This document shows positions 45,184-53,643 of a stretch of 64,000 bases of DNA, in pieces. The translations under genes and the position numbers were made by a program. Where the stretch lies: NCBI GenBank assembly GCA_964562145.1, contig CAZLSP010000011.1, positions 16,259 through 80,258 on the forward strand. Direction: 5' to 3'. Positions within the stretch are counted from its first letter, which is position 1. Every line of letters starts with the position of its first letter. Below the pieces are notes generated by a model that searched no databases, had not been told where the DNA came from, and saw only the letters and a list, made by a program, of their open reading frames with translations. Source of the DNA: an uncultured Anaerolinea sp. Its GTDB lineage: Bacteria; Chloroflexota; Anaerolineae; Anaerolineales; Villigracilaceae.

Positions 45184-46785
45184 TTAGCGGGAGATTTCGT
45201 TGATCGGGTTGCGGCCGTCCCAGGCTTCTACGGTGATTCCGTTACGGCTCAACCAGCCATCGTATTCCACGCCGTTGCCCGATGCCACCCAGCCATCCAT
45301 CACAAAGGGCAGGGCCGGGTCATCGGCGGGGACCCAAATGCCGTTGTAGCGGCGCGCAATATGCAGGTGGGTGGCGTTGGAGAGCCCGCCCTCGCAAGAG
45401 GGATGCCCGATTCGGTCGCCGGTATTGACGGTGGTTCCGGGGGCGACCCGGTCGCGTTCTTCAATGTGCATATACAGGATTACCCAGCCGGTTTGTTCCA
45501 GCCCGTCGTTGTCGAGTTCCTGGATGACAGCCCCGTTTTTGGCGCGCAGGATGGTTCCGGGGGCCACGGCGGTTACCCAGGCGTCGGTGCTGCCACAACC
45601 GATGGGTTCACCGGGCGGGGCAAAGTCGAGCGCGGACCAGCCGGAGCCGGTATCCCAGCCGCCGTGTGGACCGCCGGTATATTGCCAGACCTCGCCAGGC
45701 ACGAAGGGCAGGGTGAGCGCGGGTTGGCTCAGGTTCGCGGGCAGGACCGGGTCAATCCCCCAGTCGAAGGGGTAGCCAAACATATTTGTGTAGGTGGCGT
45801 ACAGTCCGTTGGGGCCGGTGTCGATGTGCCAGGTGGCGCCACCATCGAGATTGGCAAACAGGTTTTGGATGGCGGCTGTGCCGGGGTTGATGCCGGGCTG
45901 GGGAACAATCTCGGAGCCATCGAGCAGGTACCAGCTTTGGATTTTTCCCTCCCGCCAGCGGTAAAAACCGGCATTGAGCTGGTCGGCGCTCCAGGTTAGC
46001 TGGCGATAGAGTCCCTGGTGGAAATCATCGACATAGCCAATGGGGTTGTAAGTGGTGGAGGCTGCCGGGTTGGGGTTGGTAACCCACTGGGCGCGATATT
46101 CTAGCAGGGCCAGCAGCAGTCGCGGGTTGACCGAGTAGTTGCGGGCCACTTTTTCTACAATCTGCCCACCCGAAAGGGTTTCCCCTTCCACTTCCTGGGT
46201 GTAATAGGCCAGGTATCCGCCCTGGCGCTGGACAAAATCTTGCACGTTGAGCAGGGCGCTCAGCGGGCCATAGACCAGTTCAGAGTCGGGGATAATCTTG
46301 AAATAATCGGCGGTGGCAAATTGTGGGGCTGCGCCAGCCACTTCTGCGGCTGGCGGGGCGACAGTGACCGGGATGAGCAATACATCGCCGGGGTAGATGA
46401 CGGCGTCGTACCCCAGGTTATTGGCGGCCAGGAGTTCCTCGACCGTGATGCCATACTGACCGGCAATCGAGGCCGGGTAATCGCCGCCCTGGACGGTGTA
46501 AGAAACCGGTCCGGGCGTAGGACTTTCGACCATTACGGCCTGTACACCGGCAATGGGCGTAAATGTTGGCAAGATTTGCGGGACATTGGGGGTGGGTGTG
46601 CCAAGCAGGGTGCCGGGCATGCGCGTAGGCGGCAAGTAGGTCATAACAGCCGGGACGCCAGTGGGCAGGGCCGGGTTTTGGATGGGTGCGGGTGGGGTGT
46701 AGCTGGTGTCTACCCGCGCAGCGCGAGTGCAGGCGACGAGCAAGGATGCGGTGAGCAGGAAGATGGGGATCGATTTCAGGCGCAT
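45184..46785 (-). CDS. LysM + M23 metallopeptidase lipoprotein, paralogue 3
   Basis: Start set to ATG 46785 (MRLKSIPIFLLTASLLVAC, lipobox). YTVQGGDYPASIAGQYGITVEELLAAN LysM, GGPHGGW...ALDFAP...YMHI...ATHLHIARRYNGIW. Confidence 0.85.
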   Translation of the reverse strand: MRLKSIPIFLLTASLLVACTRAARVDTSYTPPAPIQNPALPTGVPAVMTYLPPTRMPGTLLGTPTPNVPQILPTFTPIAGVQAVMVESPTPGPVSYTVQGGDYPASIAGQYGITVEELLAANNLGYDAVIYPGDVLLIPVTVAPPAAEVAGAAPQFATADYFKIIPDSELVYGPLSALLNVQDFVQRQGGYLAYYTQEVEGETLSGGQIVEKVARNYSVNPRLLLALLEYRAQWVTNPNPAASTTYNPIGYVDDFHQGLYRQLTWSADQLNAGFYRWREGKIQSWYLLDGSEIVPQPGINPGTAAIQNLFANLDGGATWHIDTGPNGLYATYTNMFGYPFDWGIDPVLPANLSQPALTLPFVPGEVWQYTGGPHGGWDTGSGWSALDFAPPGEPIGCGSTDAWVTAVAPGTILRAKNGAVIQELDNDGLEQTGWVILYMHIEERDRVAPGTTVNTGDRIGHPSCEGGLSNATHLHIARRYNGIWVPADDPALPFVMDGWVASGNGVEYDGWLSRNGITVEAWDGRNPINEISR

Positions 46786-46859
46786 AACAACGATTGTACC
46801 AAAAGCGCAAGGTCGATATCGAATCAAAAACCCGACAATTTGCCGGGTTTTTGAACGAA

Positions 46860-48146
46860 TTAGCATTCCGCTTTAAGCCATTGCTGCCAGAGCCGGTCGA
46901 ATTCTTCGAAAGAGATACCAAACGCTTCTTGAACTGCTTCCCTAAAGTCGCCGGTGGAGTCTAATTTGTCAGCCAATTTCCAGAATCCATCCAATCCGCC
47001 ATGCTTTTTGACCACATAAGTGACCAGGGCGTGTGAGTAGGAATAACCCAACCCCACATCGGTGTCCAGTTGGGTCATGTGCATCAGGTCTTGTTTGTAC
47101 ACAGCGCCGCTTTCATCCAGGATGGGGATGTATGTGTCGGTGCGGTACGCATAGCAGGCTTGCCCAAAACTGCCCTCGGGTTGCGAAACGTATTCAGCCA
47201 GGCCCTCGCTCATCCAATCGGCCAGGCGCCCGGCCGAGTTGAAGCTGCGGTTGTGGACCATGTGTGTGAATTCGTGGGTCAGGGTCGTTTGTAAGGTTCC
47301 ATCCCAGCCCAGGGTTGGGTCGTAATAGGAATAGGCAAAAGAATTGGGCGAGTAGATGTGGATCAGGTCGTTCCCATCCGGACCGCCGCCGGGGGAATAC
47401 CAGGCGATTGCGCCCATCGAGCCGTAAGGGTCGATGCCATAAATGGGCACGATGCGCACGGTGGCCTTATCCTGGGGGGCCTTCCCTAATTTTGCAAGCG
47501 CTTCCTCGCGGGCGGTGGACATCATATCCATAATCTGCTGGTTGACATCCTCGTTCCAGGGGTAAGTGATGAAGTTGAAATACTCGCCCTCTACCGTCAC
47601 CGGTTCGCCAATCTGTTCGACACCTGGTTCGGTCAGCACCCAGCGCCCTTCGGTGTAGCGGAAAGGCCAGTCGGCATACCAGCCGCCCTCGTCTTCAAAA
47701 TGGGCGATGACATAGCCCATTTCGCGGCGCTGGATGCCAAGCAGGGTGTTCTGGAAATCGATTTGCCCGGCCAGGTACGACTGCTGGAAGGAGTCGAAGC
47801 GGCTGCGCACAATACGCCGGAAAGGTTTGTTTTCCTGGTCGACCACCTCGTCGAGCAGTTTGGGGTCGTTCTCGGTATAGGCCTGGGCATACAGGTCCAG
47901 GGCCAGTTGGATGCCTGCGCTGATTTCGTCATCACTCATGGCCGGGACCGGGTCTTGCGTGGCTTGCGGCGAAGGCCCAGGGGCGGCAGTGACGACGATG
48001 ATTTGCGGGGTGGCGGTCACGCGCACAACGACCGGTTCGGGTGTCGATGGGTCAAGGGCGCGCGTGACGGTTTTGCAGGCAAGCTGGCTAAACAGCAAGG
48101 CCAGGAGCGCGAGTATGGGCAGGAAGGGTTTAAGGGTGGGTTTCAT
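46860..48146 (-). CDS. Secreted HExxH zinc-metalloprotease-like protein
   Basis: Start set to ATG 48146 (MKPTLKPFLPILALLALLFSQLAC signal). Single LTHEFTHMVH zincin motif with a downstream E (MSEGLAEY). Family not recognised. Confidence 0.6.
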   Translation of the reverse strand: MKPTLKPFLPILALLALLFSQLACKTVTRALDPSTPEPVVVRVTATPQIIVVTAAPGPSPQATQDPVPAMSDDEISAGIQLALDLYAQAYTENDPKLLDEVVDQENKPFRRIVRSRFDSFQQSYLAGQIDFQNTLLGIQRREMGYVIAHFEDEGGWYADWPFRYTEGRWVLTEPGVEQIGEPVTVEGEYFNFITYPWNEDVNQQIMDMMSTAREEALAKLGKAPQDKATVRIVPIYGIDPYGSMGAIAWYSPGGGPDGNDLIHIYSPNSFAYSYYDPTLGWDGTLQTTLTHEFTHMVHNRSFNSAGRLADWMSEGLAEYVSQPEGSFGQACYAYRTDTYIPILDESGAVYKQDLMHMTQLDTDVGLGYSYSHALVTYVVKKHGGLDGFWKLADKLDSTGDFREAVQEAFGISFEEFDRLWQQWLKAEC

Positions 48147-48315
48147 TGCGGGTATCCAATAAGATTGTTTGTGCCGTTGCTGCGGCCTCGTGCGGGTGGT
48201 CGACCTCCAGGTGCATGCCAAACGGGAATTGCGGCATCAGCAACCTGGTGATGGTCGATTTCCGGGCCTTGGGTGGGCCGCTTAAAATGTAAACGGGTGC
48301 AGGCTGAACAGTCAT
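48130..48315 (-). pseudogene. Possible remnant of a P-loop kinase/ATPase gene (61-aa ORF with degenerate Walker A)
   Basis: MTVQPAPVYILSGPPKARKSTITRLL resembles the N-terminus of small P-loop NTPases, but GxxGxGKST reads GPPKARKST. The ORF stops after 61 aa and overlaps the next gene start. Confidence 0.3.
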
Positions 48316-48355
48316 TCCCCAATTCTACCGGTAAAGTTTGTAGATTTTGATGAAT

Positions 48356-48859
48356 TTATTTTTCCAGCCACCGGGCGACCAGCCCCACTGCTTCAGGCAG
48401 CAGGGCGCGGGTTCGTTCTGAGAGCTCACGCGAGAACTCGAACTGATAACCACGCACCGAAAGGAGCGCGGCATCGGGCTTTTTGTTATACAGGGTTTCG
48501 CACATGGAAACCAGCGATTGCGCGGTCAGGTGGTGGGTGAACGGCGAACGCTGGAATTCGCTTTCCACCGCAATCATGCGCACCGGAACGGGGATATCGC
48601 CGGTATGGGCATCTACAAAGCAGACGCGGTCATAGGCGGCGATATCCTCGGCCATTTCGGGAGTCAATTGTAAGGTAAAAGCAAAATCCAGTTGTGCGCC
48701 CCGCACGTTCCAACGCGGGTCATCGACAGGAAACTCTTCCTCATAGCTGTTAGGGGCGGGCAGGCCCAATTCAAGCGCCAGCGCCCGCAAAACATGCCAG
48801 GCTACGCCATCGTCCTCGCGGTCTGGATTTCCATACCCGTGAATCAATATTCGCTTCAA
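48356..48859 (-). CDS. NiFe-hydrogenase maturation endopeptidase (HoxW/HycI/HyaD family)
   Basis: 167 aa with TTG start. ILIHGYGNPDREDDGVAWHV (GxGNxxxxDDGxG) and VDAHTGD motifs. Confidence 0.85.
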   Translation of the reverse strand: MKRILIHGYGNPDREDDGVAWHVLRALALELGLPAPNSYEEEFPVDDPRWNVRGAQLDFAFTLQLTPEMAEDIAAYDRVCFVDAHTGDIPVPVRMIAVESEFQRSPFTHHLTAQSLVSMCETLYNKKPDAALLSVRGYQFEFSRELSERTRALLPEAVGLVARWLEK

Positions 48860-48862
48860 ATC

Positions 48863-49309
48863 TTATCTTCCGTAACCTGTTCCTAAGATGTAGTTCTCGA
48901 GCTCAGTAATCATGCCTTTATGATCGGCCAGGAGACCCTCTGCCAGGCCGCGGATGGAGACCATGCCAACGACTTTATCGCCATCGAGCACCGGCAGGTG
49001 GCGCACATGATATTTGCGCATCAGCCCGGCGGCCTCTTCCAGGGTGGTTTCGGGTTTGATGAGTACCATCTGGCTGGTCATCACATCTTTAATGATGGTA
49101 TCGCGGGCCAGCCGACCTTTGACTTCGCCTTCGCGGGCGTAATCGCGCTCGGTGAAAATACCGACAATCTTGTTGTCGTCGATCACCAGCACTGCGCCGG
49201 TATTGCCCTCGTTCATGGTTTGCAGGGCATGGAACACAGTATCGGTAGCGGCAACGGTGTAGATGCGTGAATCGGGCTTGGCTTCAATCAATTTACGAAC
49301 TGTCGTCAT
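48863..49309 (-). CDS. CBS-pair domain protein
   Basis: 148 aa, two CBS repeats (GAVLVIDDNKIVGIFTERD; HLPVLDGDKVVGMVSIRG). Confidence 0.85.
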   Translation of the reverse strand: MTTVRKLIEAKPDSRIYTVAATDTVFHALQTMNEGNTGAVLVIDDNKIVGIFTERDYAREGEVKGRLARDTIIKDVMTSQMVLIKPETTLEEAAGLMRKYHVRHLPVLDGDKVVGMVSIRGLAEGLLADHKGMITELENYILGTGYGR

Positions 49310-49425
49310 GGCTGAACTCCTTGGGTAGATGGGTTAAACAGCATTGGACAACGACAGTACCTCTAAAAGGCAAACTCAGATACCCTTATTTTACGTCCAA
49401 TTTTTAGGAACAGTAGTTTTTTTGA

Positions 49426-49465
49426 AACATTGCCTGGAACCCATGCAAGAATTCCAGGCAATGTT
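49426..49465. repeat. 14-bp perfect inverted repeat with 12-nt spacer in the large-subunit/CBS intergenic gap
   Basis: AACATTGCCTGGAA-N12-TTCCAGGCAATGTT. The T- and A-tracts sit on the wrong sides for an intrinsic terminator on either strand. Confidence 0.6.
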
Positions 49466-49517
49466 GGTGAAAAACGGCATCCGAAACCGGCGTGATTTGG
49501 ATGTTCAGGCGGGCAAA

Positions 49518-50945
49518 TTAATCGCGTTTCAAGGTCTGGCGCAGGCTGCCATCCGGGTTGATGATATCTAACTGGATGGGCATCTGGCCGACGGCATGGG
49601 TGGAGCACGAAAGGCAGGGGTCGTAGGCGCGGATGGCGGCTTCGACGCGATTGAGCATCCCTTCGGTTACATCCGGGCCCTTGACATAGGTCTTGGCAAC
49701 GCTATCGACGGCATTGCTCATGGCCCAGTTGTTGTGCCCGGTGGAGACAATCAAATTAACCTTGAGCAGTTTGCCGTTTTCGTCAGCAGTATAGTCGTGA
49801 ATCAGCGTGCCGCGCGGGGCTTCGATGATGCCCACACCGTGACCGGTGTAATTCTTGCGGGTGTTCAAGATATCGGTGCTCAAGATGTCCTTGTCTTCGA
49901 GGAGCACGCGCACGCGTTCGGTTGCGAACAGGGCCTCGACCAGGCGCGCATAGTGATAGTACAAGGTATTTTCGACCGGTTTTCCGCCGTTGAGCGTTTT
50001 GAAAACTTTGAGTTCTTCATTCGCCAGCGGGGTGTCGATTTTCTCGGAGATGTTCAGGCGGCCCAGCGGACCTACGCGGTAAACGCCATCGGGGTAACCC
50101 ATCTTTTTGTAGAACGGGAACTTGAGATACGACCACGGTTCAACATGTTCCTGGATGTAGTCGAGATAATTCGCGCCGTCAAATTTTTCGAGCTGCGCGC
50201 CTTCGCGGTTGATCAGGCGGATGTTGCCATCGTAGAGTTCCAGGCCGTTTTCGGGGGTGACGAGGCCAAAGTAGCCGGTGGGGAAGACCGCAAACTTGTT
50301 GATGTCTTCCATGTTGGCGGCGGCCCAATCTTTCATGATTTGCAGCCCGATTTTGAGCGTGGCAATGGCTTCATCCACACCCTTTAGGATGGAATCGCGT
50401 TCTTCGACCTTGAGCGATTTGTTGACGCCGCCAGGCACGGCAAAAACGGGGTGAATGCGGCGACCGCCCAGGGTTTTGATGATTTCCTGGCCGAACTTGC
50501 GCAGCATAACCGCTTTAACAGTCAGTTCGGGGTTGGCGCCGATCAAGCCGACGACATTGCGCATTTCAGGGGCGGCATCGAAGCCCAGCAACAGGTCCGG
50601 TCCGGCCAGTTCAAAGAAGTGCATGCCGTGGCTCTGGATGATCTGGCCCATGTGCATTAATTCGCGCAGCAGGCTGGCAGGGCGCGGCGGGGTCTGGCCG
50701 GTGAGGGCGTCGCCAGCTTTGGCAGCGGCCAGGTGATGGCTGACGGGGCAGATGCCGCAGATGCGCGGGGTGATTTGGGGCATTTCAAAGTACAGGCGGC
50801 CTTCGCAGAATTTTTCAAATCCACGAAACTCGTTGACGTGCATGAAAGCGCGTTCAACGGTATTGTCTTCCTTCATGCGGATCGTGACCTTGGCATGCCC
50901 CTCGATACGGGTAACGGGTTCAATCGTAATTTTCTGTGTGCTCAT
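49518..50945 (-). CDS. [NiFe]-hydrogenase large subunit, group 3 (HoxH/HydL-like)
   Basis: 475 aa. [21 protein letters not shown] (L1) and C-terminal DPCLSCSTH (L2), followed by a 26-aa tail of the kind removed by the endopeptidase. Confidence 0.92.
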   Translation of the reverse strand: MSTQKITIEPVTRIEGHAKVTIRMKEDNTVERAFMHVNEFRGFEKFCEGRLYFEMPQITPRICGICPVSHHLAAAKAGDALTGQTPPRPASLLRELMHMGQIIQSHGMHFFELAGPDLLLGFDAAPEMRNVVGLIGANPELTVKAVMLRKFGQEIIKTLGGRRIHPVFAVPGGVNKSLKVEERDSILKGVDEAIATLKIGLQIMKDWAAANMEDINKFAVFPTGYFGLVTPENGLELYDGNIRLINREGAQLEKFDGANYLDYIQEHVEPWSYLKFPFYKKMGYPDGVYRVGPLGRLNISEKIDTPLANEELKVFKTLNGGKPVENTLYYHYARLVEALFATERVRVLLEDKDILSTDILNTRKNYTGHGVGIIEAPRGTLIHDYTADENGKLLKVNLIVSTGHNNWAMSNAVDSVAKTYVKGPDVTEGMLNRVEAAIRAYDPCLSCSTHAVGQMPIQLDIINPDGSLRQTLKRD

Positions 50946-51021
50946 TATGACCTCTGGTAAGGATGAATGCAGGCGGTGAAAAGATGAAATAAAAACGTTT
51001 TACATCCATCCTTCAATGTTT

Positions 51022-51564
51022 TTAGTGCCAGTGCAGCAATTCGTCTTTGAGTTCCGGTTTGCGGCCCTGGGCAAGTTCGGCCAGGACGTGGAAGATTACA
51101 TCCGCATCAGGCGGGCAGCCGGGGACGTTGTAATCGACCGGAACCACTTCGTGAATGGCGCGGGTTTTGGTCATGGTCGCCAGTTCGGGGTCGTTGGGGA
51201 CCTGGCTGCCGGGTTCGTTGCTCTCGGCTTCCACATAAGCGCGCTGCAGGGCGGCTTCTACCCCGCAGAAATTGCGCATGGCCGGGACGCCGCCAAAAAC
51301 GGCGCAGTCGCCGAGCGCAACCAGGATTTTTGCGCGCTTGCGGAACATATGGGCAACTTCTTCGCTGGCTGTGTTGTTGACGCCGCCTTCGAGCACACCC
51401 ACATCCACGCCGCTTTCATCGGGGTGTTTCAGGTCTGTAATTGGGGTGGAGCGCAGGTCGGCCAGTTCGGCGACTTGCAGGATGCGTTCGTCCATGTCGA
51501 GCAGCGACATGTGGCAGCCAGCGCAGCCGCACATCCAATCTGAAGCAATTTTCGGTTTAGCCAT
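51022..51564 (-). CDS. [NiFe]-hydrogenase small subunit, group 3 (HoxY/HydS-like)
   Basis: 180 aa. CGCAGCHMSLLD, ALGDCAVFGG, VPGCPP cluster ligands. Confidence 0.9.
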   Translation of the reverse strand: MAKPKIASDWMCGCAGCHMSLLDMDERILQVAELADLRSTPITDLKHPDESGVDVGVLEGGVNNTASEEVAHMFRKRAKILVALGDCAVFGGVPAMRNFCGVEAALQRAYVEAESNEPGSQVPNDPELATMTKTRAIHEVVPVDYNVPGCPPDADVIFHVLAELAQGRKPELKDELLHWH

Positions 51565-51580
51565 AATTCTCTCCTTACCT

Positions 51581-53572
51581 TTAATTCAGCACCACGCTCG
51601 ACTTGCGCTCGTGGATGGAAGTTTTCCAATCAGTTTTCACCGGCATATTCATGCGCATGGCAATCTCGCTCAACACCACGGTATTGGCGCGCACACCTTC
51701 GGGCGCTTCGAGGGCTTTTTCGGCCTTTTGGACACGCCCGTCCATGCTCACATAGTGGCCTTCTTGCTCAGACCACGCGGTCACGGGCAGGACGACATCT
51801 GCCTGGGCGGTGAGTTTGGATTCGTAAGTGGCTTGCACCACCAGGTAGGGGGCTTTCGACAGGCGTTCGACCAGCCATTTGGAAGCGTAGTCATCACCAA
51901 TCGCCGCATAAACGGCTTTCTGGCCGTTGAGCGCAAATTCGCCATCCAGATGGAGTTGGGCGGCGGCCACGCTGTTGGCTTCACCCTTGACGGACAGCAA
52001 TCCCATCCGTTCCTGGTCCACTGCCCCGACGAGTTTCGCCAGCCCGAGCAGGGCTTCAACGATCTTCTCGTCGCGTTTGGCGGTAATGCCCTTGCCGTAC
52101 AGGATAACCGGGCTAATGGCGTGCGCCAGCATGCGGGCAGCACTGGTCAGCGCTTCGAGGCTCAGGCCGGTCTGTTGGATAGCTTCGGCAATGACCTTGT
52201 CGGCGTTGGGTACTGGCAGCGGGGTGCGGCCCAGGTTTTCTTTGACAACGATGGCTTTCAGGCCTTCAATTAGCGCCAGGTCGGAACCCGGTTTGTTTTT
52301 GAGCGAGACATCGGCCAGGTCGTTGAAATCTTCAGCTTCGGGGTCGATATTGATCAGGCGCATGCCTTTGGGCAGGGCGCGTTTGACCATAAAACCGGCC
52401 ACCATGTGGCTGCGAGCCAGGTTCGCGCCGATGCACAGCACGGTATCGGCATTTTTGAGCGTGCCGAGCTGGCCTTCAAAAGCGCCATTCTTCTCGGCCA
52501 CGGCATTGACGGCGGCGGTTGTCATGCCCTCTTCGGTGCTGGTGACCATTTCGGCCTTAAGTGAACCGGCGAACAATTCGCGGAACATGGCCAGGGCTTC
52601 GGCGGGCAGGCGGGTAGAAGCGATGGCAGCCACACCGTTATGGGCATCGCCAGCCAGCGGTTTGAGTTTATCGGCAACGGCGCCCAGGGCTTCATCCCAT
52701 GAGACAGGGGTCAGTTGGCCGTCTTTACGCATCAGCGGGGTGGTGATGCGCTGGCGGGATTCGGTCATCGGGTCGTAGCGGCCGTGTTCGCAGAGCACGC
52801 CACGGTTCACGATTCCGTCCCAATCACCCTCGATGCGCACAATGCGGTTGTCACGCACGATGAGTTTGACCGCACAACCGACCGAGCAGCCGACACACAC
52901 CGATTTGACCTCGGTCATGTTTTCGTCGTGACCCTGGTAGGCGCTGGTGCGGTCAATCAGGGCGCCGGTGGGGCAAACCTGTACGCAGGAGCCGCATTTG
53001 ATACAGGTGCTCTCGCCCAGCGGGACATTGGTATCAGCTACGATGATGCTCGAAGCGCCGCGTTCGGCGACCGATAAGGTGAAGTTCCCGGCCATTTCGC
53101 CGCAGGCGCGCACACAGCGGCGGCACAGGATGCAGCGGTTGTTGTCGAGGATGAAGTAGGGGTGCGATGAGTCAACCACAAAGTTGTTCCAGCCGGGCTG
53201 CATGGGCCAGTGGGTCATTTCTTCGCGGTAGGCGGCGTTTTGCAGGTCGCAATCGCCACCGCTCACCTGGCAGAAGGGGCAGAAGTGGTTGCGCTCGCTA
53301 AAGAGCATCGACAGGATGAACTTGCGCGATTTCTTGAGCGATTCGGTTTCAGTGTTGACGACCATGTTGGGGCTGACAGGCAGCGTGCACGAGGCAATTG
53401 GCACGCGGAAACCCTGCACCTCGACGATGCACAGGCGGCAGCCGCCATACGGCGTCAGTTCTTTGTGATCGCACAGGGTCGGGATGTGAATGCCGGCTTT
53501 TTCCGCTGCGCGCAGCACAGTTGTCCCTTCGGGGACTTCGATTTGTTTTCCGTTGATAGTCAGTTGAACCAT
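51581..53572 (-). CDS. NuoG/HoxU-like Fe-S subunit with C-terminal molybdopterin-oxidoreductase-like domain (no H-cluster)
   Basis: 663 aa. N-terminal 2Fe-2S (CDHKELTPYGGCRLC...SC), HFCPFCQVSGGDC, CILCRRCVRAC, CIKCGSCVQVCP, CVGCSVGCAV, then a ~400-aa MopB-like domain. TSCCP/MPC..K/E.MAC.GGC motifs are absent. Confidence 0.82.
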   Translation of the reverse strand: MVQLTINGKQIEVPEGTTVLRAAEKAGIHIPTLCDHKELTPYGGCRLCIVEVQGFRVPIASCTLPVSPNMVVNTETESLKKSRKFILSMLFSERNHFCPFCQVSGGDCDLQNAAYREEMTHWPMQPGWNNFVVDSSHPYFILDNNRCILCRRCVRACGEMAGNFTLSVAERGASSIIVADTNVPLGESTCIKCGSCVQVCPTGALIDRTSAYQGHDENMTEVKSVCVGCSVGCAVKLIVRDNRIVRIEGDWDGIVNRGVLCEHGRYDPMTESRQRITTPLMRKDGQLTPVSWDEALGAVADKLKPLAGDAHNGVAAIASTRLPAEALAMFRELFAGSLKAEMVTSTEEGMTTAAVNAVAEKNGAFEGQLGTLKNADTVLCIGANLARSHMVAGFMVKRALPKGMRLINIDPEAEDFNDLADVSLKNKPGSDLALIEGLKAIVVKENLGRTPLPVPNADKVIAEAIQQTGLSLEALTSAARMLAHAISPVILYGKGITAKRDEKIVEALLGLAKLVGAVDQERMGLLSVKGEANSVAAAQLHLDGEFALNGQKAVYAAIGDDYASKWLVERLSKAPYLVVQATYESKLTAQADVVLPVTAWSEQEGHYVSMDGRVQKAEKALEAPEGVRANTVVLSEIAMRMNMPVKTDWKTSIHERKSSVVLN

Positions 53573-53599
53573 AAGTTCCTCGGTAAGATTCTTTGCTCT

Positions 53600-53635
53600 A
53601 CTTTCACCTTCTATTAATCAATAGCAGGTGAAAGT
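53600..53635 (-). other. Intercistronic stem-loop (NuoF-like / NuoG-like junction)
   Basis: ACTTTCACCT...AGGTGAAAGT (10 bp perfect) with an inner CTATT/AATAG extension. Lies between the stop at 53644 and the GAGGAA SD of the next gene. Confidence 0.55.
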
Positions 53636-53643
53636 GGGAAGTT

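Noticed and set aside
49426-49465. Calling the 14-bp inverted repeat an intrinsic terminator of the hydrogenase structural genes.
   Set aside because: The U-tract would precede rather than follow the stem on both strands. It is kept only as an unexplained repeat.
49518-50945. Possible selenocysteine-containing NiFeSe large subunit, given selA in the window.
   Set aside because: The ORF is uninterrupted and the C-terminal motif reads DPCLSCSTH with cysteine at the position where NiFeSe enzymes have UGA.
51581-53572. Whether the 663-aa Fe-S protein is a formate dehydrogenase alpha subunit or a disguised [FeFe] hydrogenase.
   Set aside because: It lacks H-cluster motifs. The MopB-like domain is short (~400 aa), and it has no in-frame UGA. 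I saw no obvious molybdenum-ligand Cys/Sec context after the CxxCxxxC cluster. It fits NuoG/HydA(NiFe-type)-like scaffolds better. An HMM check is still advisable.
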